DNA from: Acaryochloris marina MBIC11017
Lineage (GTDB): Bacteria; Cyanobacteriota; Cyanobacteriia; Thermosynechococcales; Thermosynechococcaceae
DNA: 32,000 nt
Reading direction: 5' to 3'
NCBI RefSeq assembly: GCF_000018105.1
Contig: NC_009929.1
Span: 90,001 to 122,000, forward strand
In this document: positions 1 through 7,595 of the stretch, in pieces
Layout: each line of letters opens with the position of its first letter
Numbering within the stretch: the first letter of the stretch is position 1
Notes under the pieces: model-generated
What the model saw: only the letters and a program-made list of their open reading frames with translations
What the model was told of the DNA's origin: nothing
The model's database searches: none
Program-made: the position numbers and the translations under genes

Positions 1-267
1 CGCACGTTCTAGGTGATTGATTTGCATCAGGCCCAAACCCAGGAAAACCTTGGGTCGGTCATCAGGGAGTACGTGGCTGCGATGGGGGTGCGGTTAGTTT
101 ACTGGAGTAAGGTATTGTAATCCTGGTCTCAGCGGATGCGATCACTGGCGGTTCATTTGCAATCGCATCCACCTACAAGCTAGCTCAAATCATTTCCCTT
201 GCTTCACACCTATTAATTACCCCTGGCTTATTCGCTGGGGGTTTCGCGTATCTGGAGAAAAAATAAT

Positions 268-801
268 ATGACCGTTTCAGTACCACCACCCACATTGACC
301 TCTGAGTCTCCAAGACTTTCTCATTCTTCATTCAACCGACCGCTAGGCTTAGGTCCAAGCCCTAGTGGATTGGCAATATTCTGTAATCGGGCCAACACAA
401 AAACTTGGTATACCCTCGATGCTAATACCCAGCCACAAGAACTGGAATACCCAGCTCTAACAGGGTACTTGGTGAGTATAGAATTTCCTCCAAAAGAATA
501 TAGAGGCGAAAAGAGTCATAAGCTTCGATTCAAGATGCAGGCTGATCGGTTGTATACCCTGGAGGCAGGTTATAAGTCGGTGTTCGCTAAGGGATTCCTG
601 AGTGAGATCGCAATGCTTACCCCAGAGCAACTCCGACAACCCATCACTATTGAAGCAACCCCTTCCGATCAAGAGGAAAAAGTGTTGTTTTGTTCTGTGT
701 GGTTGGGTTCTGAGAAAGTCTACTTCCATTGGGATGACCAAACAAATTGGAAGGCGATTGCTCAAAGAGCTATGGCTAATGTGGCCGGGATAAGCGGTTA
801 A
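268..801 (+). CDS. hypothetical protein (177 aa), P/S-rich N-terminus
   Basis: Long ORF with GGAGA about 9 nt upstream of the ATG. A GC hairpin follows at 827-854. No family recognised by eye. Confidence 0.5.
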   Translation: MTVSVPPPTLTSESPRLSHSSFNRPLGLGPSPSGLAIFCNRANTKTWYTLDANTQPQELEYPALTGYLVSIEFPPKEYRGEKSHKLRFKMQADRLYTLEAGYKSVFAKGFLSEIAMLTPEQLRQPITIEATPSDQEEKVLFCSVWLGSEKVYFHWDDQTNWKAIAQRAMANVAGISG

Positions 802-826
802 CGACTCTCATCAGAGATATGGAAAA

Positions 827-854
827 GGGCGACCAGGAGTGTAGTGTGTCGCCC
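827..854 (+). terminator. stem-loop GGGCGAC/GTCGCCC (7-bp stem, 14-nt loop) after ORF 268-801
   Basis: Perfect inverted repeat 26 nt after the stop codon. The tail TAAAAGAG is not U-rich, so it is only terminator-like. Confidence 0.3.
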
Positions 855-993
855 TAAAAGAGATTGCTGTTCACAATCGCATCAGAATTTACCACGACGG
901 CAAAATAATCCGTGTGATGTTCACAAATCTTTTGCTGTCGAACCAATAGACCAATAAAAAGGCGATTCCCTGTTAAAAGACTCGCCTTCAGTT

Positions 994-1011
994 GAAGCAA
1001 TTAATTGCTTC
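994..1011. promoter_or_regulatory. perfect 18-bp palindrome GAAGCAATTAATTGCTTC, 22 nt upstream of ATG 1034
   Basis: Exact reverse-complement symmetry read directly from the sequence. It lies between the preceding hairpins and the GGGAGA RBS, so it may be an operator or a 5' UTR hairpin. Confidence 0.35.
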
Positions 1012-1033
1012 TGTTTCCTAGGGAGAATCTATC

Positions 1034-1411
1034 ATGCCAACCGAAACTAGAATCCCAACCCGAATCAGGCTTGGAGATTGGAACGTGCAGAAGAAAGCAG
1101 GGGCTTATGTCTTGAAGACTCCACTCATGACGCACTGCTGGAGATGCAAGCAATACCACCTTGCGATCGCAGCTCTGCCAGTAAGTAATCCCAAGCAAAC
1201 GCAATTCAAGTGGTTCTGCCAAGAATGCGCTCGTAATCTGGGTATCCAACCCAGTCAAGAACTGCTGAAGAAGTTACCGACAATGCACACCTTACATATT
1301 CAACATCGCAAGACTCAGATCAAGCGATTGCAGAATATCAGGTGGGCTGGGGTTGATTTGGAAAAATGCCATCAGGCTGCAATCGAAAATCGAACTGATG
1401 CTGTGTTCTGA
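1034..1411 (+). CDS. hypothetical zinc-ribbon protein (125 aa)
   Basis: GGGAGA RBS. Two CxxC pairs (CWRC ... CQEC). The stop overlaps the next start (TGATG at 1409-1413). Confidence 0.55.
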   Translation: MPTETRIPTRIRLGDWNVQKKAGAYVLKTPLMTHCWRCKQYHLAIAALPVSNPKQTQFKWFCQECARNLGIQPSQELLKKLPTMHTLHIQHRKTQIKRLQNIRWAGVDLEKCHQAAIENRTDAVF

Positions 1412-1875
1412 TGCTTTACTCTGCCTCATACTTTGAACCTCATAACCATCATGGTTTGTTGGTATCCATTTCGCGATCTCATCCTCGATCCTTCCAGGTT
1501 GATACCAAGCTACCCTTCCTGGCTCCGTCCCAAGCACTGCTTGATGATTGGAAGCATCACCAGCTCACCGAGGCAGGATATATCGACCGATATCGTCAGG
1601 AACTCCAGCAGGCATGGCCCCAGGTAAATTCTTGGTTAGCCTCCCTTACCCCAGAGGGAGATTGCACCCTATTGTGCTGGGAAAAGACGGGCGAGTTCTG
1701 TCACCGAAACCTGGCAATGAAGGTGGTTCGCAAGCATCGACCCGATTGCTACGGTGGCCGCGATATCTCCGCTGATCCAGGGCTGCAATGCTCTAACTGC
1801 CAATCTCTAATCATTCCCGGTGTTGATCAGAGTTATTGCCCTCGCTGTGGCGAGTGGATTCCTACACCGATATAA
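1411..1875 (+). CDS. DUF488-family protein with C-terminal zinc-ribbon extension
   Basis: The N-terminus MLYSASYF...LLVSISRSHP and the LLCWEKTGEFCHRNLA motif match the DUF488 pattern (LLC.E....CHR). The C-terminus carries CSNC...CPRC. Translationally coupled to the upstream gene. Confidence 0.7.
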   Translation: MLYSASYFEPHNHHGLLVSISRSHPRSFQVDTKLPFLAPSQALLDDWKHHQLTEAGYIDRYRQELQQAWPQVNSWLASLTPEGDCTLLCWEKTGEFCHRNLAMKVVRKHRPDCYGGRDISADPGLQCSNCQSLIIPGVDQSYCPRCGEWIPTPI

Positions 1876-2103
1876 ATATTAGACTCAGCTACACCTCGAA
1901 TATCAAGGGCAACCCACGGCAAGAAAGTTGCCCTACTACAACGCATCAGTTTCCGCTAAGTGAAATTTACCACGTCTACTCACAGCTACATGCGGCTCCC
2001 CTGCTGGTAAAGCGATAGCCACTACAGCAGAATCACGACCTCAACAGAAGGGTGGCAACTCCATCCTTTTGTTTGCTTATGAATAGAAATAGGAGACAGT
2101 CCC

Positions 2104-2364
2104 ATGATCGAAGTACTGGAATTGTGGGAAGTGGGCTGTGATTGGATCGGTGGCTTGCAAGGCTGCTATGCCCTCGGTCATTTTGATCCAGCCACTTTTG
2201 CTCAGGCTGTCGATCCAGATTGCCCTGCTGAAGCACATCAGGTCCGTCATGAGTACTGGATGGAGTACTTCCTAGAACCAGACGGTGATTGCATCTGCTT
2301 TAGGAAGTGCAATGCAGATATTGAGGGTGCGTTTGCCGTCACCTATCTCGAAATTGAAGGGTAA
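2104..2364 (+). CDS. hypothetical protein (86 aa), Cys/acidic-rich
   Basis: AGGAGA RBS 6 nt upstream. First gene of a tightly spaced three-gene string (2104, 2407, 2633). Confidence 0.45.
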   Translation: MIEVLELWEVGCDWIGGLQGCYALGHFDPATFAQAVDPDCPAEAHQVRHEYWMEYFLEPDGDCICFRKCNADIEGAFAVTYLEIEG

Positions 2365-2406
2365 TCACAACCCAAATTAACCAATTGAATATTGGAGGAA
2401 AATCCC

Positions 2407-2622
2407 ATGAGCAAGTTAGTGTACTCGCCTCAGCATCACCTGGTGTACTTCCTCGGAACGCTCAGGAGACAAAACGGCACCCGTCTCAAGGTGTTCTCAA
2501 CAGTCTCCAGACAGCATGTTCTGATGATTTCCAAGGACAAATCCGGGAAGTGGAGCAAGAACTTCACCACGGTCAAAATCACGGATTTACGCCCTGCTGT
2601 CCGACTCAGGTTGTGTTGTTAG
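2407..2622 (+). CDS. hypothetical basic protein (71 aa)
   Basis: ATG at 2407 is preceded by GGAGGA (2394-2399), in frame with track ORF 2392-2622. The competing ORF 2385-2636 looks less protein-like. Confidence 0.4.
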   Translation: MSKLVYSPQHHLVYFLGTLRRQNGTRLKVFSTVSRQHVLMISKDKSGKWSKNFTTVKITDLRPAVRLRLCC

Positions 2623-2632
2623 GGGCAGGATC

Positions 2633-2842
2633 ATGAGCGCTACTCAGATGGCCTTGCCCCTCCAGGTGCCTGGCGCCTCGACGCTCCCTGATTTGTCCAC
2701 CTATGACCATATCTTGGTTGCCTTCTCTGGTGGTAAGGACTCTATCTGCTGTCTGCTGCGACTACTGGAACTGGGTGTACCCGCATATGCCTATTTGTTC
2801 ATTGGCTGCGCCCACTGGTTTATTCCCGTAGAGTTTGCATAG
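2633..2842 (+). pseudogene. 5' fragment of a PAPS-reductase/PP-loop ATP-pyrophosphatase family gene
   Basis: ILVAFSGGKDSICCLLRLLELG contains the SGGxDS PP-loop signature. The frame closes after 69 codons, whereas the family is longer than 200 aa. Sequence after about 2790 is unrelated. Confidence 0.6.
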
Positions 2843-3057
2843 AAACTTTTCAGCGTATTCCAGACGGGCAAGGTCAATGCTTGTCCGGGTTGGGTGAGGG
2901 ATTAGCGAGGTTCTACACTTGTTTCTATCTAGCTCCTTTCGAGAATTGATTCGGCGGCTCCGCTCACCCAATGCTCAAATCCAAAACATTGTTCACAATA
3001 GAAGTGAGGATATCAATTCAGGCGAAAGAATCCTCCTAGAATTCTGAGGAGAGAGCC

Positions 3058-3534
3058 ATGAGCGAGTATGGCGATTTTAATAATCATATTCCTACACCCC
3101 AGCTTGATCCGCTTCTGATGGGAGAGGTTATGGGTGCGGATGCCTTTTCAGAAGGAGATTGGGTATTGCTTCGTTCCGAGGGGAACAAGCCTACGAAAGT
3201 GACCTGTTGTCATCATGACTTGATTTTTGTAGATCAAGGAATGGGAGAGAATTTTGGAGATTCTCTGGTTAACTTTTACCCAGAAGAGCTAGGGTATCCT
3301 CTGGATCATCGCTTTTGGAGCAGTCATCAGAAGCGATGCTATCTCCGTTGTTATATTGATCCACAACTAAACACACGATGGAAAGCACTGTCATCAACAC
3401 CATTAGAGCAAGAAAAGACAAAGCAATTATGCTTCCTGGGGCTTTTCTTGAGTTTGATAGCCTTACTTTCTAAGGTGTGTGATTACATTGCCAGAGTTTA
3501 CTCAGTCTCAACGTTGGTTGGGCTAAGTCATTGA
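3058..3534 (+). CDS. hypothetical protein (158 aa) with C-terminal hydrophobic segment
   Basis: GAGGAG RBS. LCFLGLFLSLIALLSKV is TM-like. Converges on the nuclease gene with a 14-nt gap. Confidence 0.45.
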   Translation: MSEYGDFNNHIPTPQLDPLLMGEVMGADAFSEGDWVLLRSEGNKPTKVTCCHHDLIFVDQGMGENFGDSLVNFYPEELGYPLDHRFWSSHQKRCYLRCYIDPQLNTRWKALSSTPLEQEKTKQLCFLGLFLSLIALLSKVCDYIARVYSVSTLVGLSH

Positions 3535-3548
3535 ATCCATCCATCAGA

Positions 3549-4337
3549 CTAAATCCCCAACACCAGTTGCACTTGCCGCGCATCCCTCGTCCCCTCCGGT
3601 AACGGTTCTGGCTTCTTGGACTTCGCAGGACAGTACTTCTGATAACCACAGTGGTTGCAGTGCCCACCAACTTCCGGTTTCCACTCATCATCTGCTCTGA
3701 GCTTTACCGCGATGTCCCCGATCAACTCTCGTACCTGCTGGTGATGATCAGGCGTCACATCAAACGAAACTTTCTGGCCTTGCCGTAGATAAATCAAACT
3801 CAGCGTGTCAAGAGCCTCTGGGTAGATCTGCTCCAGAATCAAAAAGTACAACCCAAGCTGTAGATCAATACCGTCAGACGGGCCAATCGTCTTGCTCGTT
3901 TTATAATCAATCAGCTCCAGGCCATTATCGGTATAGTCTAAGCGGTCATAACGGCCTGTGATGGAAAACTCGATATTGTTCACCTGGAAGCTAGCCTTGA
4001 TCTTCCCCTCGACGCCAATCGGTTTGCGGATCTGAGGAAGTGGGGCAACGTATTTCTCGTAATAGAGCTGCAATGCCATCCACCCCTCATGAATCTGGGC
4101 TGGTTTCAGCTCTCCAGTGTGGTGCTGCCAGCACATGGCAAACCAGTCGAGGGAAGGGAGGGGGTAATCGTAGTTCCAATCTTTGTAGATATCTGCGAGA
4201 GTTTTGTGAAGGGCAATCCCAAAGGCAGGTGACCCAAAGGCAGAGGGTGAAGAGAGTCCCCGCTCATATCTGAAGTTGTAGGCTTTGGGGCACTGCTGGT
4301 AAGTGATGAGTTTGGTGGCTGAGAGGGTATAAGCCAT
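3549..4337 (-). CDS. PD-(D/E)XK nuclease, Cas4/RecB-like with 4-Cys Fe-S motif
   Basis: N-terminal TYQQCPKAYNFRY, GRYDRLDY, LELIDYKTSK (D..E/D-x-K core), QLGLYFL (QxxxY) and C-terminal CNHCGYQKYC (C-x2-C-x5-C). Confidence 0.8.
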   Translation of the reverse strand: MAYTLSATKLITYQQCPKAYNFRYERGLSSPSAFGSPAFGIALHKTLADIYKDWNYDYPLPSLDWFAMCWQHHTGELKPAQIHEGWMALQLYYEKYVAPLPQIRKPIGVEGKIKASFQVNNIEFSITGRYDRLDYTDNGLELIDYKTSKTIGPSDGIDLQLGLYFLILEQIYPEALDTLSLIYLRQGQKVSFDVTPDHHQQVRELIGDIAVKLRADDEWKPEVGGHCNHCGYQKYCPAKSKKPEPLPEGTRDARQVQLVLGI

Positions 4338-4498
4338 CGATTTGCGCTGGGGGTATATTTCAATCGTAGTTCAAGACGCTCTGACACCCTTTAGCGATGA
4401 CTTATTAGTGGATGGTCTCATTAACTTCAATATTGTGATTTCTGATGAAATACCGGGTGTTTAAAAATAGGCGAATCTCAATGGATCTGTTGATACTT

Positions 4499-4520
4499 CA
4501 GTTGAGAAATTTCTCAACTG
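4499..4520. promoter_or_regulatory. perfect 22-bp palindrome CAGTTGAGAAATTTCTCAACTG (TTGAG-N6-CTCAA)
   Basis: Exact dyad in the 390-bp divergent intergenic region between the nuclease and Crp-family genes. Dimeric-regulator-site geometry. Confidence 0.45.
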
Positions 4521-4682
4521 GGAATATGCGAGATAACCCCGACGCCTTCACGAGAGAATTGTTAGTATACGTAGGATATAGGTTTTAGCGGTCATAGCTC
4601 AATGTTCAGTTTGAACTTGAACATGGCTCTGAAGAAAAGCAATTATATCTCTATTGAGAATGACTCTTAATTTAGATTTAAC

Positions 4683-4694
4683 CTCAACGTTGAG
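4683..4694. promoter_or_regulatory. perfect 12-bp palindrome CTCAACGTTGAG (everted arrangement of the same half-sites)
   Basis: Lies 36 nt upstream of ATG 4730. Further TTGAG copies follow at 4690 and 4699. Confidence 0.35.
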
Positions 4695-4729
4695 ATTTTT
4701 GAGTAAGGGCCAGCTCTCAGGACGCACCA

Positions 4730-5371
4730 ATGTCACAAACACAGATTTCACCAGCACTCTCCTCTTTCCATTGGTCACAGTTACTTGAAGAGGTTTATCA
4801 AGGACGACAAACCTATGATTACAAGAGGGGTTTCAACATCGTTTTGCATTCCTACGATATTTGGATCGTGTGTCGAGGAATCGTTCAACTACATACATCG
4901 GATGGTGAGGGGAATGAAGCAATCTTGGGATTGGCTTGTCCAGAAATGCCCTTTGGTTTGCCCTTGACTCAAGTTTATCCTTATACAGCAACTGCGTTAA
5001 CGGATGTCGTACTCATGCGTATCAGTCAGCAAGAGTTGGAGCAGTCGCCTATTCTGGCACAAGGGATTCAAGTTCAATTGAATCGACGACTCCAGCAAAC
5101 TGAGGCTTTATTAGCTCTAAATCTTCATCGTCGTGTGAGCGAACGCTTTCAGGAATTACTGTTATTGCTGGCAAGGGAAATAGGGGAACAGGTCCCAAAT
5201 GGCTGTCGGATTGGTGCTCGATTAACTCATCAACAAATTGCAGGTCTGATAGGGGCTACTCGTGTTACGGCTACTCGCATCCTTGGTGAACTGCGTAAGG
5301 AAGGATGGCTATCGATCGATAAAACTCGCCATATCATCCTCCATGGCTCTTCTATTGTGGATTTCCAGTAA
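4730..5371 (+). CDS. Crp/Fnr-family transcriptional regulator (NtcA-like recognition helix)
   Basis: 213 aa. C-terminal HTH LTHQQIAGLIGATRVTATRILGELRKEGWLS. The N-terminal two-thirds have cNMP-binding-fold length and pattern. Confidence 0.8.
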   Translation: MSQTQISPALSSFHWSQLLEEVYQGRQTYDYKRGFNIVLHSYDIWIVCRGIVQLHTSDGEGNEAILGLACPEMPFGLPLTQVYPYTATALTDVVLMRISQQELEQSPILAQGIQVQLNRRLQQTEALLALNLHRRVSERFQELLLLLAREIGEQVPNGCRIGARLTHQQIAGLIGATRVTATRILGELRKEGWLSIDKTRHIILHGSSIVDFQ

Positions 5372-5688
5372 TTGTCATCACCTGCACACTAAGCATAAGC
5401 ATTGCCTAGTATCCTCCCTCCACCGATCAGAAACTCTAATCCCCCAATCCTTGTAGCACCAAGCTATCCACGCTACCCTAGTGGCTAGGCAGTGGGGTAT
5501 ACCCACCCAAAGTATTTTCTCCAAATCCACCTCATGACGGCTCCAAATCGAGCCTGATTTTTCCCGAGGGTATATTCTCACGCGAGGCCAAAACAACCCC
5601 TTGCATTTTCTCAATATCCACATGGCCGACTCGGTTGCACATGCCAGTCGTGCCCTATCCACTATTCATTATTCAAAGGACAACACTC

Positions 5689-6348
5689 ATGAAACTGATT
5701 ACTTCTGTCAAAATCCAACAAGCCGACCACACCGAGGTCATAGACACCGCCGCTACCCAAGTGGGTCTAGCTGCAAACAAAGCCTTCCTGTTCGTTATCC
5801 GCAAGGAAATCCAGGGCTGGAAAAACTTCACTGCTCTCTGCTCCTGGGGCCTGTCCAAAGTAAGCCAGAAGCATAGCCCCATCTTTGAGGAGGTCAAGGA
5901 ACGTACTGTGGCTGTCTACCGCAAAGGCTGTCAGCAAGAGACGGCATTCGTCCAAGCGCTCATCAAGTCCCAGCTCACGGACCGGGTCGATGCCCACTGG
6001 GAACTGCATGATAAGGCTATCGACTGGTTCAAGGACCAGACTCATGCATTCCTGGCCGACAGTCCGACTGATGATATTTCTGAGGTCGAGGCTGAGGATC
6101 TGGCTCCTGACATTTCGGAAGACCTGGAGGAGGCTGTAACTGTGGCTGAAGAATCCATGACTATCCTTGATGAGGCTCCGGTTCCGGTCCTTGATCCGCC
6201 TGTTGATCCTGACCCGTTGGATGATGAGTTGGCCGTTCCTCAAGACCCGACTCCTGCTGTGGTTAGTGGTGAGGGGAAGCGTCGGACTGGAAGCAAGAGG
6301 GTGACCCTAGCTGATGTGATGAAGCAAGAAGCTGCTAAATCCTCCTAA
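5689..6348 (+). CDS. hypothetical protein, possible N-terminal ribbon-helix-helix plus long acidic/proline tail
   Basis: ATG 5689 is preceded by AAAGGA and is in frame with track ORF 5635-6348. The N-terminus LITSVKIQQADHTEVIDTAATQVGLAANKAFLFVIRKEI fits a beta-alpha-alpha pattern. The C-terminal half is D/E/P-rich. Confidence 0.5.
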   Translation: MKLITSVKIQQADHTEVIDTAATQVGLAANKAFLFVIRKEIQGWKNFTALCSWGLSKVSQKHSPIFEEVKERTVAVYRKGCQQETAFVQALIKSQLTDRVDAHWELHDKAIDWFKDQTHAFLADSPTDDISEVEAEDLAPDISEDLEEAVTVAEESMTILDEAPVPVLDPPVDPDPLDDELAVPQDPTPAVVSGEGKRRTGSKRVTLADVMKQEAAKSS

Positions 6349-6359
6349 TCATACTCATA

Positions 6360-6403
6360 CCAATCACCCAGCCTTTAGAAGAATCTAGAGGCTGGGTGAT
6401 TGG
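6360..6403. terminator. 15-bp-stem hairpin CCAATCACCCAGCCT / AGGCTGGGTGATTGG between convergent genes
   Basis: Perfect inverted repeat with a 14-nt loop, 12 nt after stop 6348 and 77 nt after the end of the minus-strand gene. There is no U-tract on either side. Confidence 0.45.
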
Positions 6404-6479
6404 GAGCTTGGTATCGTGTCAGGCATCCAAAATGGGACAACCTCACCAATGGCATAAGGGCTACTATTCAGTTCATTGC

Positions 6480-6839
6480 TTATAGAACAGAACGAACGGC
6501 TTTTAGAAAATCTTCACGGGTATAGGGCTTAGTGACATATTCATCTGCTCCTTGCTTTTTACCCCAGAGCTTATCTAAATCCTGATTCTTTGTCGTGCAG
6601 ATAATCACAGGTAATTGCTGAGTCGCTTCACTCTTCTTTAGAGTTCGGCACAACTCAAACCCACTCATTTCTGGCATAACCACATCAGTAATGACAAGAT
6701 CAGGCTTTTGAGTTTCAGCTTTTGTCACAGCTTCTTTGGCATCATCTGTGCTAATAACAAGATAGCCAGCTTCTTTTAAATATAGACACATTAGCTTTAG
6801 TTCAGCCGGACTATCATCTACGACTAAAACAGTTTTCAT
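6480..6839 (-). CDS. single-domain response regulator (CheY-like receiver)
   Basis: VLVVDDS, DLVITDVVMPEMSG (phospho-acceptor Asp), VIICTT and YVTKP. 119 aa with no output domain. Confidence 0.85.
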   Translation of the reverse strand: MKTVLVVDDSPAELKLMCLYLKEAGYLVISTDDAKEAVTKAETQKPDLVITDVVMPEMSGFELCRTLKKSEATQQLPVIICTTKNQDLDKLWGKKQGADEYVTKPYTREDFLKAVRSVL

Positions 6840-7047
6840 TTACTTTTTTCTCCCGTAACACATAGAGGTAAGAACAAAAAAATGGCTCCACCCAATACAT
6901 TTAAGATGCCCTTCTTTAATCTAAGATGTTCTATTTTTTACGTCGGAAATCCGCTTCCAGCAATGGATGTGTATGTGGTGGCATAGGCGCAAACCTTAGA
7001 AGGTGGAGCGAGATGGTGCTACTATCCTTCTAGCGCGGATTAATCAA

Positions 7048-7470
7048 ATGGTTTGTATCCCAACTCTTTCCCTCAAGCAATTAGCGATTTTGAGACTTGC
7101 CAAAGAGTCTTCTGGTAAGACTATTAAACTGCATTGTGAAATGCCAATCATCAATAGTGGCGAACCTCCAGCAGGGTATACAGCACTTATCCAGAAACTG
7201 ATTGACTTGGGCTTAATCGCAGTTCAGTTCAAACAGATGCGTTGTGATTTTTCAAGGTATCAGAGAAGGTCTTGGGCTAAATTCAGCGCAGAGCTGGAGT
7301 ATCCCTCTATCTTGGCCTGGGAAATATGGCGGGATAAATTTATCGCTAGGCAAAAGGGAACAAATCGTGCTGCCATACCTGGGGAAGAATTTGAGGATTA
7401 TAGCTATGTATGGATTCAAGAGATAGGAGTTCAGGCAATTCAACCTAACGAAGACTCAATACTCCAATAA
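7048..7470 (+). CDS. hypothetical protein, possibly winged-helix DNA-binding
   Basis: Track ORF 7003-7470. GTG 7003 sits inside a hairpin (TAGAAGG/CCTTCTA), so ATG 7048 is preferred. LSLKQLAILRLAKE...GYTALIQKLIDLGLI resembles a wHTH. Confidence 0.4.
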   Translation: MVCIPTLSLKQLAILRLAKESSGKTIKLHCEMPIINSGEPPAGYTALIQKLIDLGLIAVQFKQMRCDFSRYQRRSWAKFSAELEYPSILAWEIWRDKFIARQKGTNRAAIPGEEFEDYSYVWIQEIGVQAIQPNEDSILQ

Positions 7471-7595
7471 TGCAGCATCCCTAAGTAAAGATAGAGTTTT
7501 GTGAGGTGACCTTGCGGAACTGGGGTGCGCTAAGCTCTTTCTTGTTTCGGGGGCAGCTGCTCTGGCATCAAATCGGGTCAGTCCTCGGAGTAAAT

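Noticed and set aside
13-120. 35-codon GTG-initiated ORF at the left edge (VIDLHQAQTQENLGSVIREYVAAMGVRLVYWSKVL)
   Set aside because: It is too short, has no RBS and shows no recognisable family. All three frames are closed within the first 18 nt, so it is not the tail of a longer gene.
2762-2971. Minus-strand 69-aa ORF overlapping the end of the PAPS-reductase fragment
   Set aside because: It has a TTG start, no RBS and a low-complexity basic sequence. It may be debris of whatever truncated the PP-loop gene, but I cannot assign it.
4338-4729. Canonical NtcA (GTA-N8-TAC), CRP (TGTGA-N6-TCACA) or FNR (TTGAT-N4-ATCAA) boxes upstream of the Crp-family gene
   Set aside because: None is present. 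The closest match (GTA-N8-ATA near 4563) lacks the second half-site.
5767-6243. Long antisense ORFs inside well-supported genes (for example 5767-6243, 13009-13395, 17343-17786, 26137-26406, 24927-25259)
   Set aside because: They are shadow ORFs opposite genes with clear family motifs. They have no RBS and are compositionally biased.
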